A stretch of 64,000 nt of DNA from Blasia pusilla (GCA_050084515.1 CM114271.1:35650001-35714000); one strand, 5' to 3'. Counted from the stretch's first letter, positions 41,501 to 56,334 are shown. Notes: a model not told the origin generated them from the sequence alone. Program-made: numbers and translations.

Positions 41501-44500
41501 GGAGTTCAACATGTCAATCTTAGCTTCTCCGCTTGTAACAACATCCATAATAGTTTATTTGTTCCTACTATCTACTCTGGTTTAATTACAAGTAGCATGA
41601 AAAAAAAATATCTATGTCTTTCTCCTCCCATTTTTCTATTGCGTGTAGAAAGTTAAAATGTACTTCATCCCGTGTTTATCATGGTTAGGTGTTGACTAAA
41701 TATTACCTATTAGAATAAGCATACATATTGTTGCAGACAAATTTTCTAAGAGTCATGTTATAAGATATATTTTTAGATATATGCAATTTTTCAGTACAAA
41801 AGAGATTATTATATAATATAGTCAACTTTTGAGCATGGTGAAAGTCATCTCCATATCCCTTGTTATTAACCCTTGAAGGCCAACTTGCATTGAAGGCTAT
41901 ATGTTTGGTTTCTGCGCATGGATTTTCTACGCACGACTTGCTTGTTGGAAATGGGAGTTATGATCTTTTACGAGCAATGTAGCTTAGAAGTATCCTCTAC
42001 CATCTCAATTCCCATATTTTTTTTACTAAACCATAAACATCTACAACTAAAAAATGAGAAAAAAGGATGGGTTGAGAGAACATCATGCCGACCTTGTAAA
42101 CATGACTCCTTTAAGCCCACTCATGAGCATCTTCGTGTCGTCTCCTTATCTCCTCCCCCCACCTTGGCCAGTCCCAAGTAGACCCCGAGTCCTAAATGAG
42201 TGCATAGAATAGTGCCACATGGGAACATGATGAACGTATGGTTGTGCAAAGGTTGGATCCATTATTTGCTACTACGTGTTGTATAAGAAGAGGTTGTGGC
42301 TACGTCGTCAAGTCTCACATTAATGCATTGGTATTGCATTCAAAGTTTCAAAAGTTGTGACTCCCTCCTTCATTCATCCAAGTTTCTATTAAAAATCTAT
42401 ATTCCTCCTTCATCCCAATACACATCAATAAGTCTGCGACGGAACCCTCCAACATCATCCACCTCTTACAGCACAACCCGTACGTATATCATAACCATGG
42501 TCTCAACTCCGGTCGAGTGTTCTTGTCCCGCTCTGAGCTTGAAAAGCAAATGCACCAGCGTTCTTTCTAAAACTATTCAGTTGTGCCGGGATTACTTACC
42601 CGGTTTCGCCGGGGAAACCGGAACTTCCCGGGCTCTTTCTCCAGCCGGGGGGGTACTTGTCGGGGCGATGACCGACGCGCGGGTTCACATGCGCTCCGCA
42701 ACGCAGAATATTCTCCGCAAGGGGTAAAAATACAGGACGTGAAAAAAGGAATGGACTTTCTGCACGGGTCATCTTTTAAATGACTCCCCCCCCCCCCCAA
42801 CTGCAGAAGGTGAAACGGAGAGGGGGAGAAAAAAAGGAAATAAGAAACCGAAGTTACCTCGCCCAGTGTGAAAATGTCGCGATCAGAAAAAGGCTGACGA
42901 TAATCGCGAACGTCGGATGCTGGATTGAATGCAACTATAAAAAGATGCTTACTGAAGATAAACCTACGCGAGAAAGATACACTTCGAGAAATAAGCACAG
43001 TATGAGTTTTGAAAGACGGCTTTTGGAAAGAACCGATTCCTAAAGATAAACTTCGACAAATTTTCAAGCGGAAGTCACAGTCTTACGAATCTCTAGCACA
43101 AAGCACCGGAGCGAATCGGGCCACGGTATAGAAGCCCAATTAGGTTCAGATAATGTCAGCGTAATTATTATCTATAGTATTATTAGCAAAAGGTCTCAGT
43201 AACAAACATCTCTACTCAACACCTGTTTCCGGTCTTTACACATGTCTCCTCTAACTATAACTTAGTTTCAACTAACTAGACGAGAAAGAAGGTTTCTTTC
43301 ACCCGCGGTGCACCGACTACTCAGTTGAAACTCGGAAATATCGATTCTAAAGCCAATACCCCAAAACCGGACCGCTTGAGCTGGCAGCGGCCAAAGTAGA
43401 GTAATAAAGAAATGGATCCGTCTCTTTCATCACATGAGTCGTATCTTTCAAGGAGATCTCTCGCGGCTGTCCACATCGACGAGATACCGCCGACGCCTCG
43501 CAATCAAATCGATCAATGGCATGAGAGGAGGCGTATTAAGGGCTAATCTTATTTTAGCAAGAAAGATGCACTTCGATAAAAACGAGTGATGGAAGGGGAA
43601 GAGTAGAGACAGCACTATGCTATTTCGGTGAGTGACAGTGTGTCCTTGTCTATTTTCAGATAATCATTTTCCCCTGTTTTGTTTCATGTGAGAACTAATG
43701 CCGCAGTTCTGTACGTGACGTTTGTCAGGTACAAACGAAGTTACACAAGTAGAAAGTTCAAAGGACAGATTCTTTCTTTGTCTTCTCTTGTGAAGTTTGT
43801 TCATATTATGATGTGGATGTGTATGTATGATATTTTTACTATGATATTATATGGTATTTAAAAGAACTAATTTGTGGTCCCAAGTGGTATTTCTCCGGGC
43901 TAATACGGGGATGACATGTGCATCGTCATACCTAGTTTGATACTACCAGTAAGCTTCTTGTTGGATCGACCTCAAATAAATATCGATTTAATTTTTTTTC
44001 ATTCTTAGCAGCTTACCTGTACAAAAATGCATACGTAACATTCAAAATAAAATAAAATGCATACTTACCAAAATAGAATAGATGTGCTCTCTTTTCTAGA
44101 TTTGAAGATACGTTCTAGATTATGAAGACGCACTGGGTACAAGTTTTAATTTTCATGGATCCCAGGTCCGTTCGATGCACCTGGACGCTTCTTCCCCCGC
44201 CTACTCAGGTAGAGCTAACGCATTGATAAAGAGCACGAAAGCCCCGTTTTTCGTTTTAGTCTGAATCGAGCCTGAGCCTAGAAGCCCAAAACCTCACTAG
44301 GCCTAAGTGTACAGGATGATACTCATTCCTGGAAATCAATCCACCTATTTGATTTAATTTAATTTAAGTAAAACCGAAGGACGATCCACAAAGATGAGCT
44401 GATTAGTTAAGCCTGCTTTCCCTCTCACAGAAGTAAAAACTGTCACTTTTGCCAGCAATCCTCCGATTCCCGCCTCGTGCCTTCTCCACATCGAATCGGT

Positions 44501-47500
44501 GCTAATGATAGACGTCCACCCCGAAGTCGGTCCCCGCAAGACTCACTCTGTTGTTCGCTTTGGGGGTAAAGTTGGTCTCAATCATACGTGTACAGAAACC
44601 GAGTCGAGCGACTGTCCGTCCAGTCGACGCGTGACGAGCGTTGTGGCGTCTCCGATTGCCGCACTCCAAAGTTTGTGGAACGTATTCCCAAAGCCGCAGA
44701 GGAGAGGAGTGAAGAAGATAGGACAAAGGACAAGAGCAAAGGAGGAAATCAAAGTGAGAAGAGTCGTAAAATAGAAACGAGTCAAAGGACAAGCTTTTCC
44801 CCTCATTTTTCTTACGCCGTTCCACGGGACGGGTAGTTTTATTTCGGAGCCGTACCTTCCCGGTAGGTACAAGCTCAGACGGTAATTCTGTTTGAAGTCC
44901 AGACCTCTCTCACCCAGACCCAGAATTCAAAAAGACACGCAGAAAGTTTCAGATTTCAACGGGACGTTCTCCACGGACTTTGGTACAGAGTCAGCCATTG
45001 GTGCGGCGATTCGTGTGGTTGCTACCTTACTAGGTAACAAGATCGACTCCATTAAATTAGGGCCACTGAACATGTGGGGACGCTGCAATCCGTTCCGTGA
45101 CTTTACGGTCGCGGGTGGAGGGTCACAGTGTCAAAAAGGGTAAGACAACAGTTAGGGTTCCATGGTCCCGGCGCCTGCGTTTCTTGGAGCCCACTGGATT
45201 TAATTAATCATAGGTTTCGTATTAGAAGATAATACGAATATGATTATTTCTGTTGGGCATACAACGCATTATAATCCAGTAACTCAAATCTCATATGCAA
45301 TTCCGGTTCGAAGTTGCTTTGGGATCTGCATTTTCGTGGTTCCATTCGGCTTCCGTTATTTTAAGACTTAGCCGTATCCATTTCACCCGAGCATGTATAG
45401 GACGGGTGATGTAAATACGAGTTCTGCAAAGAAAAAAATACATCTATATTCTAATACTTAACGTAATTTGTAAATAAAAAATATGCATATAAATAGAAAA
45501 TAGGATGGGAAACGCACGAGGGGCATAGAGAGCAAAAAGAAATAGGAAATACCTTGAGATTTTGTATCACATTTTGACATGCTCTGTTCCCTTAAAACAT
45601 TTTAAGGGTGACTGGGAAAATCACTTTTACTTTGGGGAGGAAGAGTGGCTTTTCTTGTTATTTGGAGGGAGGGAAAGGATTTTTTTTAACTTTAGTAGGG
45701 GAGGACAGTCACAAAATTTCGAAAGGAATGAAATGTGAATTAAGAAAGTCCTGGTTTAGTGTAAAGATGCGAATACGTGCTAAATTGTAACCCGCAAAAT
45801 GAATAACATTTCTTCACGCGAGAGTCGGGGAAAATTCCTCAAATTTTGGACGCTTTTACGAGACTCCCTATTAACGGGCGACAATTGTCATGTGCTGACG
45901 GTCGGAGGTGTGGTGGCGGATTCCGGAGCTCGCCGTTGGCGTAATCCTGGCACTCTCCCCCGGTGGGCGGAATCTCGATGCTGATCAGCTGCTGTTCGGT
46001 GGACGTGGGCCGAGCGAGATACTGAAATAACCCCAGAAAAAGCAATAAAGCAAATGCTGAAAACGGAAACGTAAAGAAAGGAACAAGGATCGAGTAGTAG
46101 CGTCCGCCCGACTCCGCCGTCCATTCGGGCCCCGAGAGTCACTCCTACCCTCCCGTTCGCCCTTGCTTGGGATAGGAGCCCTGGTCCCAGCGCCAGAGGT
46201 CCCGACCCTGCAGCAGTTTTCACCTTCCCTTTCATGTGTCAGCGGGGGAAAGACGAAGTCTTCCGATCGGAGGGCGAAGACTTTGTTGTCCTTCGGGGTG
46301 GGACAAGAACAGCCGGCCCTATCATTCTCTCACTGTACCTGACCGACCCCAACTGGAAGCGCTTGTCCATAGAACTCCAAATTTTGCGAGTATTTGGCAA
46401 ATGGCAAAAAACTTTGTTGCCATTCAACGTTTTGTTGGCACTTTTCTAATTATCCTCCTACAATCATATTAGAAAAGTAATTATCAATTTTCACATATTT
46501 CGGATAGATTTGAGACTTTGTGAAGATTGGTCACAAAAATTAGAATTAAATGCAAATATATAAAAGAGACTATGCCCGTATTTGCGCATGAACATTATTT
46601 CTTGATAGTGTATTTTCATTTCAAAATTGAAATATCATTTCCATTTTTTAAATCTTAAAAAATAAGAACATTTCATTTTTAAATAATACCTAATTCTTCC
46701 AAATAATTTCACTTCTTAGCAAAATTTTGAACAATATTTACTTTTTCCTCTCTCCTCACCCATTAATTTTCATTAATGAAATCATTTCTCTTTTCCATTA
46801 AAATTCATTTTCATTTCCTAAAATATAAAATACGAATCAGCAATCAGAGAGAAAAAGAATATTTTTCATATTTTTTGAACTTCTATGAACATAACATCGC
46901 ACTAGCATGAATTATGTAATAAAATTATTTGTTAAGAAGATTTGCAAAAAACTAGACGAAAGAAAATGCCTTCAAAAGCATTTCAAAGTTAACCGAAGAG
47001 ATGGACGGGCAACGTGCAGTCCCGCTGGGCTCCAGGGCCCCACGGTCAGAGCAGGAGAGTCTGTGGGCCCATGGATTCCATGTCCTATGTCCTGTAAGCG
47101 AAGCGGAGGAACTCCGGAAGAAGCGGAAATTAGTCACATCGTTCCGTGTCGACTCTCGACTACGAAGAAGGCAGAGCTACGATCCGGTCAAATCCCATGG
47201 CGCTGCATCTCCCCTGTGCAGTGTGCAGAAGCGAAGCGGAGGTGCTATGTTTGGATCAGGTACCATGCATGCGTGCGTGCGTATGGCAAAAGGAATCGTA
47301 TCAAACGGATAGTGAAGACCCGGAACAAGACGAATGGTGAGTGACCTTGAGAAGCCGATTCCTTAGCAGCGCCGAGGCTAAGTATAGAAGGCAAGAATAA
47401 TGAGAATCGACGCCTGAGAACAGGATTCCCTGTTATTTTATCACGACATCCTTTCTTCCCTTGCTTTTCATCTGTGCCGTTAGGTCGCTGTGATAATGCC

Positions 47501-47726
47501 GTCACGAGCGTTTAGCGATTATTGTGCGTGATAAGAGAGTGAATAATTATGTTCACTGGTCACTTGGTCATATTTCTTTGAGTGCAAAGAACTATTTCTT
47601 AGGGCATCATCGTGTGCTCGTGGGCTTAGAGCAGCATTCACGTTCTTTCCTATGGTTGGATTTGACGAGGAGATGGAATCTTTTGACCCCGTTATCTGGG
47701 GATGGTCTCGAAAGAGAGAAAGAAAT

Positions 47727-48323
47727 AGAAGATGCTGAGAGTCCCAAAAAGAGATATGGACAGGTCCATGACCCTCAGAGTCACTCAACGAGCAACTGAC
47801 TCAACTGACAATAGAATCGATCACTTGCTACAATGCGTCAATAAGAAGTAGACCAAATGGAGCAGGTTTACGCGTCAATTGGAAGATACATCAATTCGGC
47901 ATATTAAATCGAAATGAGCAGGAAGACAGATAGAAAAGGAATTTAGTGAGGAGTCGCACCTTACAAGATAAATGAGAAAACGTGCGTGGATTAATTTTTC
48001 ATTAGGAAGGTAGAAAGGTAGAGCAAATGGAGAAGATGCTGAGTGTTCCAAAAAGAGATATGGACAGGTCCATGGCCCTAAGAGTCACTCAACGAGCAAC
48101 TGAACTGACAATAGAATCGATCACTTGCTACAATGCGTCACTTAGAAGGTACAGCAAACGGAACAGGTTAACGCGTCATATAGAAGATACAGCAATTCAC
48201 CATATTAATGCGACAGGAGCAAGAAGACGTAGAGAGAAGAAACTAGTAAGGAGTCGCAACTTACAAGATAAATGAGAAAATTTGGTAGCTTTATTTGTCG
48301 TTTGGAAGATAGAGCAAATGGAG
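47727..48323. repeat. Tandem duplication, about 304-bp period, 2 copies
   Basis: AGAAGATGCTGAG..CCAAAAAGAGATATGGACAGGTCCATG starts at 47727 and 48031; both copies end TAGAGCAAATGG. Confidence 0.9.
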
Positions 48324-49733
48324 CAAGTCATGCGACTTCACACGCCCCGATCATCGGGCATAGAGAGTTACAGCAACGTATTTCTCTATTAGCGTATAAT
48401 ACTTACGAAACTCAGACTGTATAAAATACACCATGCCTTTCTACATCCACTGCTTGCAACCTCCAAGATGTTGGAGGATCCGGTCACTAGTTCTAGAGAA
48501 GGCGGAAGCCGCAGCTTGCTTAGTCTTACACGGTTACACGAGTACCTGGTCCGAGGAAAAGGAACCGGCGAAAGTCTCAATTTATTTTAATGTTCTAGAA
48601 TGTTTGAAGCTGTCTGACAAGAGGCTCACTGGGTACATCGTACATGCCCTAACCGATGGATTTGTTACACGTTCTGGGGATCGAACTAAGTTGAAATGGT
48701 GAATCCTCCAGGGAGAATCCAGGGGAAAAAGTAGTTATTGTTGAAGGTCACTTTTAAGTCCTTCTCGAATCAAAGCAGTCCAAAGTTCGTGGACAGACAA
48801 ATGGTGCACATAGACCGGAGTTACCGCACTGTACGTGTAGGCTCGAGAGAGCTCATTACAAACTGTTGGAATCATCGGGGACCTTGTTGTCTCTGTTCAT
48901 CGGGGCGGATGGGAGGCCGGGTCAGCGAAGGAATGTCCCTTTTTGCCTGCGGAAGAGCGAGAGGCTTGGATTTTGATCAGTGGAAAACCTGAGAAAGGCG
49001 CAGAGTGTGACAATGACGGAGAACCCTGCGAGACACAGGCGCCTTTGACAAAGTGGCCATTTGCCTGACCTTCTACGTGAGAGAGGAGCCAAGAGAATGA
49101 ACACTCCTCCCGCCACTAAGTTGCTACGAGACGTGGCAGTGAGTTCTACGCTACCATAACAACCTGGATTCGGGATGAGACAAGAATTCGGTGCAAAGAC
49201 GATGTTTAGCGTGAGAGGTCGAAACGTAAGCTCTGGGAGGTAAGCTCTGGGCATCTTCACCAACCATGCTAGTCTTAAGAAGAATCTTTAAGTGCAACAG
49301 ACGATAATGAAATTGTCAAGTAGCGTCCATATCAAGTATCCAGACTCTTGACAATTCATAGTTCCTAATTAAACTTCCACGGAATTTCTGTGTTTGCGTG
49401 ATTATCCTGATGGCTATCGATCTTCAAGTTGGGAAGTGCTCGGATACTTCTTGTTTATAGTCGGCTACTGTAACAAGAGACCATGATTCGGAAGTCTTCG
49501 GGAGGTCCTTCAGCAAATCATCAGTCAGCAGACCCAGACCTAACGTGCTACATAGTTTTAGGAAACGCTCAAAGAAGTACGTAACTCGAGCGACAAGCAG
49601 GATCGAGAGATGCCAAGAAAACTTAAGGCGCACAACACATGTGACCTATCCACTGCGACGGAATTGTAAACTTGTCACTTAAGGACTTGGAGAAGATCAA
49701 ATACCATCACCTTAGGATCGAAAACCTCCGTAG

Positions 49734-49804
49734 AACGGTCTTAAAAGACTTGAATTGATGACTCTTAAATTAAGAGTCATCAATTCAAGTCTTTTAAGAC
49801 CGTT
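49734..49804. repeat. Perfect 71-bp palindrome (35-bp arms, 1-nt centre)
   Basis: AACGGTCTTAAAAGACTTGAATTGATGACTCTTAA-A-TTAAGAGTCATCAATTCAAGTCTTTTAAGACCGTT. Confidence 0.95.
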
Positions 49805-52800
49805 GCAAGCTTCATTGACTCGAGTAGTCGGTGCAGAAGCTGTTGAATCTACGTGTTAGGATCATCGGTCATATGGCGCAAGAGAATGAAAACCGGCTTA
49901 TCGTCATAAAGCTAGATGACATAGAGACGGAAAAGATAGGAATGGTTTGCAATCTTTACAGGTGGCTTATAACAGGAATCCTCAAACCCTTTGGCCGAGA
50001 GGAAGGAAGTACTAGGCCATCAATCGTCTCCTGTATTCAGTTTTCCAGGCAAAGCTCGACAGGATTGGATAAAAGGAGTAGACGTGATATCATAATTTTA
50101 TTGCAAAAGCTGTCTTCAAGATTCGTGGAACGTTTCCTACATGCTGAAAGTCGAACACAAAGAGCCAGCCTAAGAAATAACTACAGGAGACATAAACTCA
50201 TTATCATAATCGATCGAAAGTCTCATTAAGAGCTTCTAAATTATCAGAGACATCAAACTTTAAACCATCGCTCCAGCGCGTGAATGTAATGGTGAGGTCT
50301 AGTTGTCTGACTTCAGGATCTTAGAATCATACCTTTTGATATAGAAGCACACCAAATGACTCATTGTTGTGAAGAGAGGAACATGTACCAGAGAGATTGT
50401 GTTGATTGTGCACAGGTGCAGGTCATTTTTCCCGTCCATGAATCGTAATTCTAAACTCTAAACTTTCCGCTGTATAACTAGTTAATGCACAGTTTCAGGT
50501 ATTCGCCGTGCAGATCAGGATAGTTGAGTGGAACATAGGCTTGCCCTCAACAATAGTGAAAAAGTGTATGTTCAATAATTCGTGCAATGTAGAGAAAATG
50601 TTTTGCTGCTTGTAGAGTTGTAAGGCCGGCATTATGTAGACTTATCCTCATCAGTTAAATCGGAAATTAATTGATTCCTTACCAAACCTTGGATTTTGCT
50701 CGCTCAGAGAGCAGGCGTTCACATATCTTTTGTTATGTTACGGGGCGCCAGGGATCAGGAGATGAGTGCCAGCCGCCAAAGCTGCTTATGGGAAGGCATG
50801 CACGATCATTGGTCCATACCAATTTTCATGTCCTGTGAGGAATCGTATACACTATACTGGAATGCAGTGAAGGTTTAGGTACACATCTCAATCATCGTGG
50901 ATCTATAGTACAAATACGGCCAAAAGATCTCATGGAGCCCCTCCTTAATTTTTTCTCTTCCACAGATCAAGTACTTCTTCCCACATACGAACATTTACCG
51001 CCCCTGAGCTTTTATCAGCTGCGAGCACGTGACCCGTTTTTCATTGGGAAATTCCGACAATTCCACTTGGTATGTTGTTTTTTTTGTATATGAACCCAGC
51101 AATTGGAGCTCCATTGTGAGAAGAAGCCGAAAAAGTCCGAGAGCGAACTCAGTTTATGGATGAAACGGAAGCCTGCCAATGTAGAGAAAGTACGAATGCG
51201 GAGGGAGCTGCTTAGCACATGGAGCTGGCAGCAATTACTGATTCATAAGATGGATCGTTTGCGACAATTGCAAGGTTTTAAGAGGGTATTGAGTTGTCAT
51301 ACTTCTACTTGTAGTTCTTCACATTATGACACTGAAGAAATTGAATTGGATTCCAGTACAGGGCTTTTGTTTTTTGGAATGGTGAAGGCCATTGAAGAGG
51401 TAGGTGTGCTCTATTGAATGCGAGGGCAGGATGGAAGGATGGAAGAATCTTGGAAGAACGAACAGGCTTTGCGTTGGAGGTTACGTTCTTGAATTTTTGT
51501 TTGATTGGTCCTTGAAGGATGCAGACGTTAAGAGTTCGTCAATCGAGTTCAGCAGTTCCTCCAATGGCCTGATGATAACACAGCAAGAAGAATAAACAGG
51601 CAATGGAAAGAATTCTTCCAGGAGAGATTCGAGCCACAATATTAATGTTATGATAGCTGTGCGGGAGTATCATTGAGTACTGCGCTCAACGATACTGTAC
51701 ACATTAAGTAGTGCCTGTCGTAGCCTTGCGACCAGAGACTCCCGGTTGGTCGCATAGCCTTGCAACCATAGGTTGGACGGTGCTAGAGACTGGGATGGGA
51801 GTAGAGAGAGGAGGGAGACACTCTCATAAAGGCTGATTGCTGACCGCTCTCATATTGTGTTGGTGAGGAGATTCCAAGTGTCAACCAGGAAGCTCTTTAT
51901 AACGCCATCTACTCTACCTGATTGGGATCCCCTATACACATTACTTACCAGTGCAGCAGCTTTGGGCATCTACGCTGCTGAATGTTTGGACAGTTCTGGT
52001 GTTACTTGCTTAGCAAAATCAGCATATGCTTCTGCTCTGTGTGTCATGAGTTTTGTGCAGGAGACCGAGTAGTGACTAGAAGTTCGACGAGAGAAAAGAG
52101 GAAGAAGGTATACCTGCAAAACTTAGAAATAGTCTGTGGTCTGGTGTTAGAAGATGGAGCCAGAAGGCTTGTTTTTGTCAACTGTGTCCAGATGCAGAAA
52201 ACAAAGTGTAGTTCCTGGTAACCTGATCGTTTTGTTGCAGGCTTCCACTCTGTTCATCATGAGTTGAGATGTGGATCGATCATCGCTTTGCATTTTATGT
52301 CCTTGCCATGCATCTTTTCTTCGGAACATCGTACTCATGTTTCTCTTGGCTTTGGACCATCAGGCTCTGTCAATTCATATTTCCATCACCGCTTCCTCCA
52401 TCGGATGAATGAGGACATCTCATGATCTCAATGTCATTTGATTGATGACAGAGCTTGCTATCAACGACAGCGAGTTGGGATCAGCTAGTTCTCGAAAGTG
52501 AGAAGGACTGCCTACTGATGGCCTTTCTGCCAAGCAACAGCATAAGCCACTGAGGTGCGCGCTTGCAATATTCTATGTGATAGCTTCTTTTCACATGTTC
52601 CTCCACTGCTCCATCCAAAGCCCCTCAACGGTTTCATCTGGGATCTTTTGTCTGCGGGGCAAACACCGCTACACTGTCATTATCCAAAGGTGTGCAATCA
52701 CTCAAAGCAAGGAGCCAGCTTAAAAGTGCTGCCAGTAGAGTTTTGACTTACTTGATCGAAGTGCAAGTAGAGGGGCATCAATCAAGTTTTGGTCACGATA

Positions 52801-55800
52801 CCTTGCTCACTCCAGGGTGGGGTAATATTCAGCTAACAACAGATGACGTATATGATCACGGAACTGAAAGTGTAGAAGGCGACATTGCTTTGATCCCAGG
52901 CACCGATGGTAAGTGTAGAGCTGATGTGATTTATGTTGAAGGAAGCTCTGTTGGAAATACTTCAAAGTTTCATCGTTGTCGTGATTCGTCGATATCGCCG
53001 GCAGGTACATTTTGATGACAGTTGGTTGTACATTTTCGACATCGAACATGGATGTCTGTGTACCGCATTAAGTATCTGTCATAAGTTGGAACGAGCCTCA
53101 AATCAAGATCTTATGAAGTTGACCTCAAGATGACGTTTAGTTGAACAGTTCGTAGCTCCGCAGTCGAATACGGCATTACAATACTAGCTAGCCTTGTAAA
53201 AAGCAAATGAGAAGAAAGCAACACATGAGATGGACAGAGTCTTTTGAGCTTACCGATAGAACTTTCATATCCTGCTCAACAGCGCGTCGGGATGCAAGAT
53301 CGCAAGCGCTTGCGCAATTTCTCACACCCTCTTGTTTGTGAGATTTCAGGGACTATTTCACCTTCACTCCGGCAATCCCGATGGACATTGCAGCACAGAT
53401 TTGAATGAAGACTTATTTCACCAATTTTCGTGAATTCAGGTCTCTTGTCATGAACGCCACGAAAGTAACAATGATAGTAACAAATGACACGAAAGCAACA
53501 AAGTAACCTGCTGTTGTAACGTTAATGGCTTCCAAAACCAATCAACATCAAGTTGTAGGCTTCATTCAAATAGCACCGCCAATGTGACACAATTTCAACT
53601 AGATTCCTGCTCATATGTGCTCGTCGTCACCACTCATCCGTTACCCCGGTAAGTTACCACGATGCCCTGGCTCCAGGAGAAGGCCTTGCGTTGTAGCATT
53701 CAACTTCGGTTGTAGTTTTCCGAATAGACAAATGCAACTGCGCAATTGCAATTGCGCTTCAAACTGAAAGATGAGTAGGGAGAGGGTAGGTGTAGACCAA
53801 ACAAGCGCGATAGACACCGGAGGATGGAGGCAAGTGCTTCATTCGCGATACGGCTGTATTGGACGTCGAATCTTGGCACCTGCTGCTTGCGCATGCGCAA
53901 CATGGCAAGCGATGGTTTGGACCAGGTGTACTATGAGACGTACTTTTCTAGAGCGAATTCCACATTTTAGATGGCAAGTACTTACAGGTTGTTTGCAGAG
54001 TGTAGTCTTGCACGATGGAGCCATCGAAGACTCGTCGGCCTGCCTCGGAGATCTCATCAATGAGGGTAAGAATTTCGTATCCTGCTATCGCCAGTGAGTC
54101 CAATTTCTATCATCGAGCAGATTCGTAGGTTCTCACGAATCATTTGGTCGGCGAGAGTCTTACAAAAGTTCTAATCCTTGCAAGGTGTCAGCGTGTGAAG
54201 CCAGAGCTGTTCGTGTTCCGTGATATCTTTACACACGAGAGATTACTCGAAAGAGTGTTTCTGTCTTGAAACGTTAACATAGTCTTTGACTGGGAAACAC
54301 CTTCGTGGCCATCGGCTGAACTTTTCAAAAAAAAATTCTTCTTTCTTCACTTATTGTCTTTTGATATCACCGATCTCCGCCTCATTCTTGCGCTGTTTTC
54401 TCCGTGAGTCAGCTGATCTGCTGTAGGGTCTTGGTATCGGTGGAAAACGCATGTCGGGGACGACATTGGTTAAGTTTTCTCGAAGGGACTAGCTCCTGAC
54501 AACCTCTACAGCATGACATCGGCTCAGAGTACAAAGTAGCTCAGGATTCCGGAGCTGAGGAGTGTCTAAACGTCGGGAATGGCATCCTCCCTTTCGATTT
54601 CTCCATAATATCAACTTTTACTTGTAGACGAAACGGAAACGGTACGACCATATTAATGTCGTGTGAATCGAGATGTTTCAACTTTTTCACCGCTGAAATT
54701 ACGAGGGCATACGCTCAAAAAGTATGATTGTATCATAGTCGGGAGGAAATTCAGGGACGATGATCAAGGTTTTCTATGTGCACTAGATGCCCTGAGGCCA
54801 GATCTATATACGGCGAAGTGATTTGCTGCTTTTATCTGACGAACACTTCAATCATAAGGTTGGAAGCACACGCTCTGCCTAGATATAGCGCCCCGTTGAC
54901 TTTAAATTATCGAGCCATTCTCTTTGGGGAATGATTGTTATGTTATATTACTTGAAGGTCTGTAATAATGTTGAATTGTGAGCCGCCGTATGTCTACTAT
55001 ATCGATATTCTTTTCGAAAGTGCTTGACGAATGCGAATGTGTCGAAAATTCTTTCATCGACTGGACCGCATAGGAAGGAGAAGATCTCTACATAGGCACC
55101 TATTTCAATAAAGCGACTGACAGCACAATTGCATATGACGGGTAAAATACTCGCTCTTTTCGCTGCACGAGAGCTCAGTTCTGTTGATCTAGCGCTTGAC
55201 CACAAAAGTTTATGCATTGATCACTTATCTTCGTTCAAAGAGTGCAGCGTCGTCACCTTGTGCGACAGCTTCTGTTGTGCACATGCCGCGACCTGGGAGA
55301 GACGCTGACGAGTCATCTCCCGTGTCCGTCTGGAGGCAGAGGCAGACGGTGCATCGACCCGCCACATCTCTCAGACAACCTCTCCACATCAGTTTCAAGG
55401 TTTCCGCTCAAGCGTCGGTGTGCTGGCTCCACGAGCAACGAACTTGATGTGCTTATCCTGCCACTGAACCTAACTGTATGAGGTGAATAAGATCAGGCCA
55501 GGCTTGCTCGTTCACATCAGATGGATTGGCAAAAGTTGCAGTTTGCAAGTTCAGGAATGGCCGCAGCGCAGAGTGCTTTTCACCCTCATTCTCCAAGACT
55601 CCTGAATATTTGGTAATTCAGGCTGACCTACTCTTTGTTGCTCTTGGACTTCACGAAATAGTTGGTGCGAAATTGTGATCGTATTTAGTCTAGGCCTTGG
55701 AATCGTCACACAGACTGATAGACAGACAGATTGAGCAGTAGTCCTACAGTCTATGAACAACGCAGAAAAGAATCCTCACATGCATTCGTTTTGTCGATTT

Positions 55801-56180
55801 CACAGCTCATGCTAGTCCGCTTGAGACTACCTTACGAAGGCCCGGTCCAGATAAGCTCCAGCGTCGTCACCGGGCCACGGATCGCAATTTCTCTCCATTG
55901 CGAAAGGTCACGCGCATCTGGACGGGGGAGCTGCGATCTTCTACAGACTCGCTCATCCTCTTCAGTTTCGTAGACTATCTTATTCTTGACGGGTAAGCCC
56001 TGGCGCCATACGTGCGCAGATTATTTCATTATACCGCATGATTCCAATTCCATCCACTTCCGCGTGTCCACCGGTCAGACCTGCAAGCGCACGCGCGTTT
56101 GAACTTTGAAGAGCCGCACCCATGTGCGTCGACCAATACGCAAGATGACAGAGGTGACTGATGAAATCACGCACATTCTC

Positions 56181-56334
56181 GGATATGCACTACCTCGAAT
56201 GCTTCACGGATATGCTTGCAGGGAATCCCATCATCGGATATGCCTGTTATGAATCCCATGATCGGATATACCACTGCCTGCCTACGATACGCGTGTCTTG
56301 CGACATAAGCGGATGTACTTGTCCAAGCATATCC
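56181..56334. promoter_or_regulatory. Cluster of five P1BS (GNATATNC) PHR-binding motifs
   Basis: GGATATGC at 56181, 56208, 56236; GGATATAC at 56264; GCATATCC at 56327. Motif match is direct; function is inferred. Confidence 0.55.

Noticed and set aside
56180-56271. 27-28 nt periodic repeat resembling a mini CRISPR array
   Set aside because: The repeat core is only about 9 nt, the intervening sequences are partly duplicated, the context is eukaryotic and there are no cas genes.
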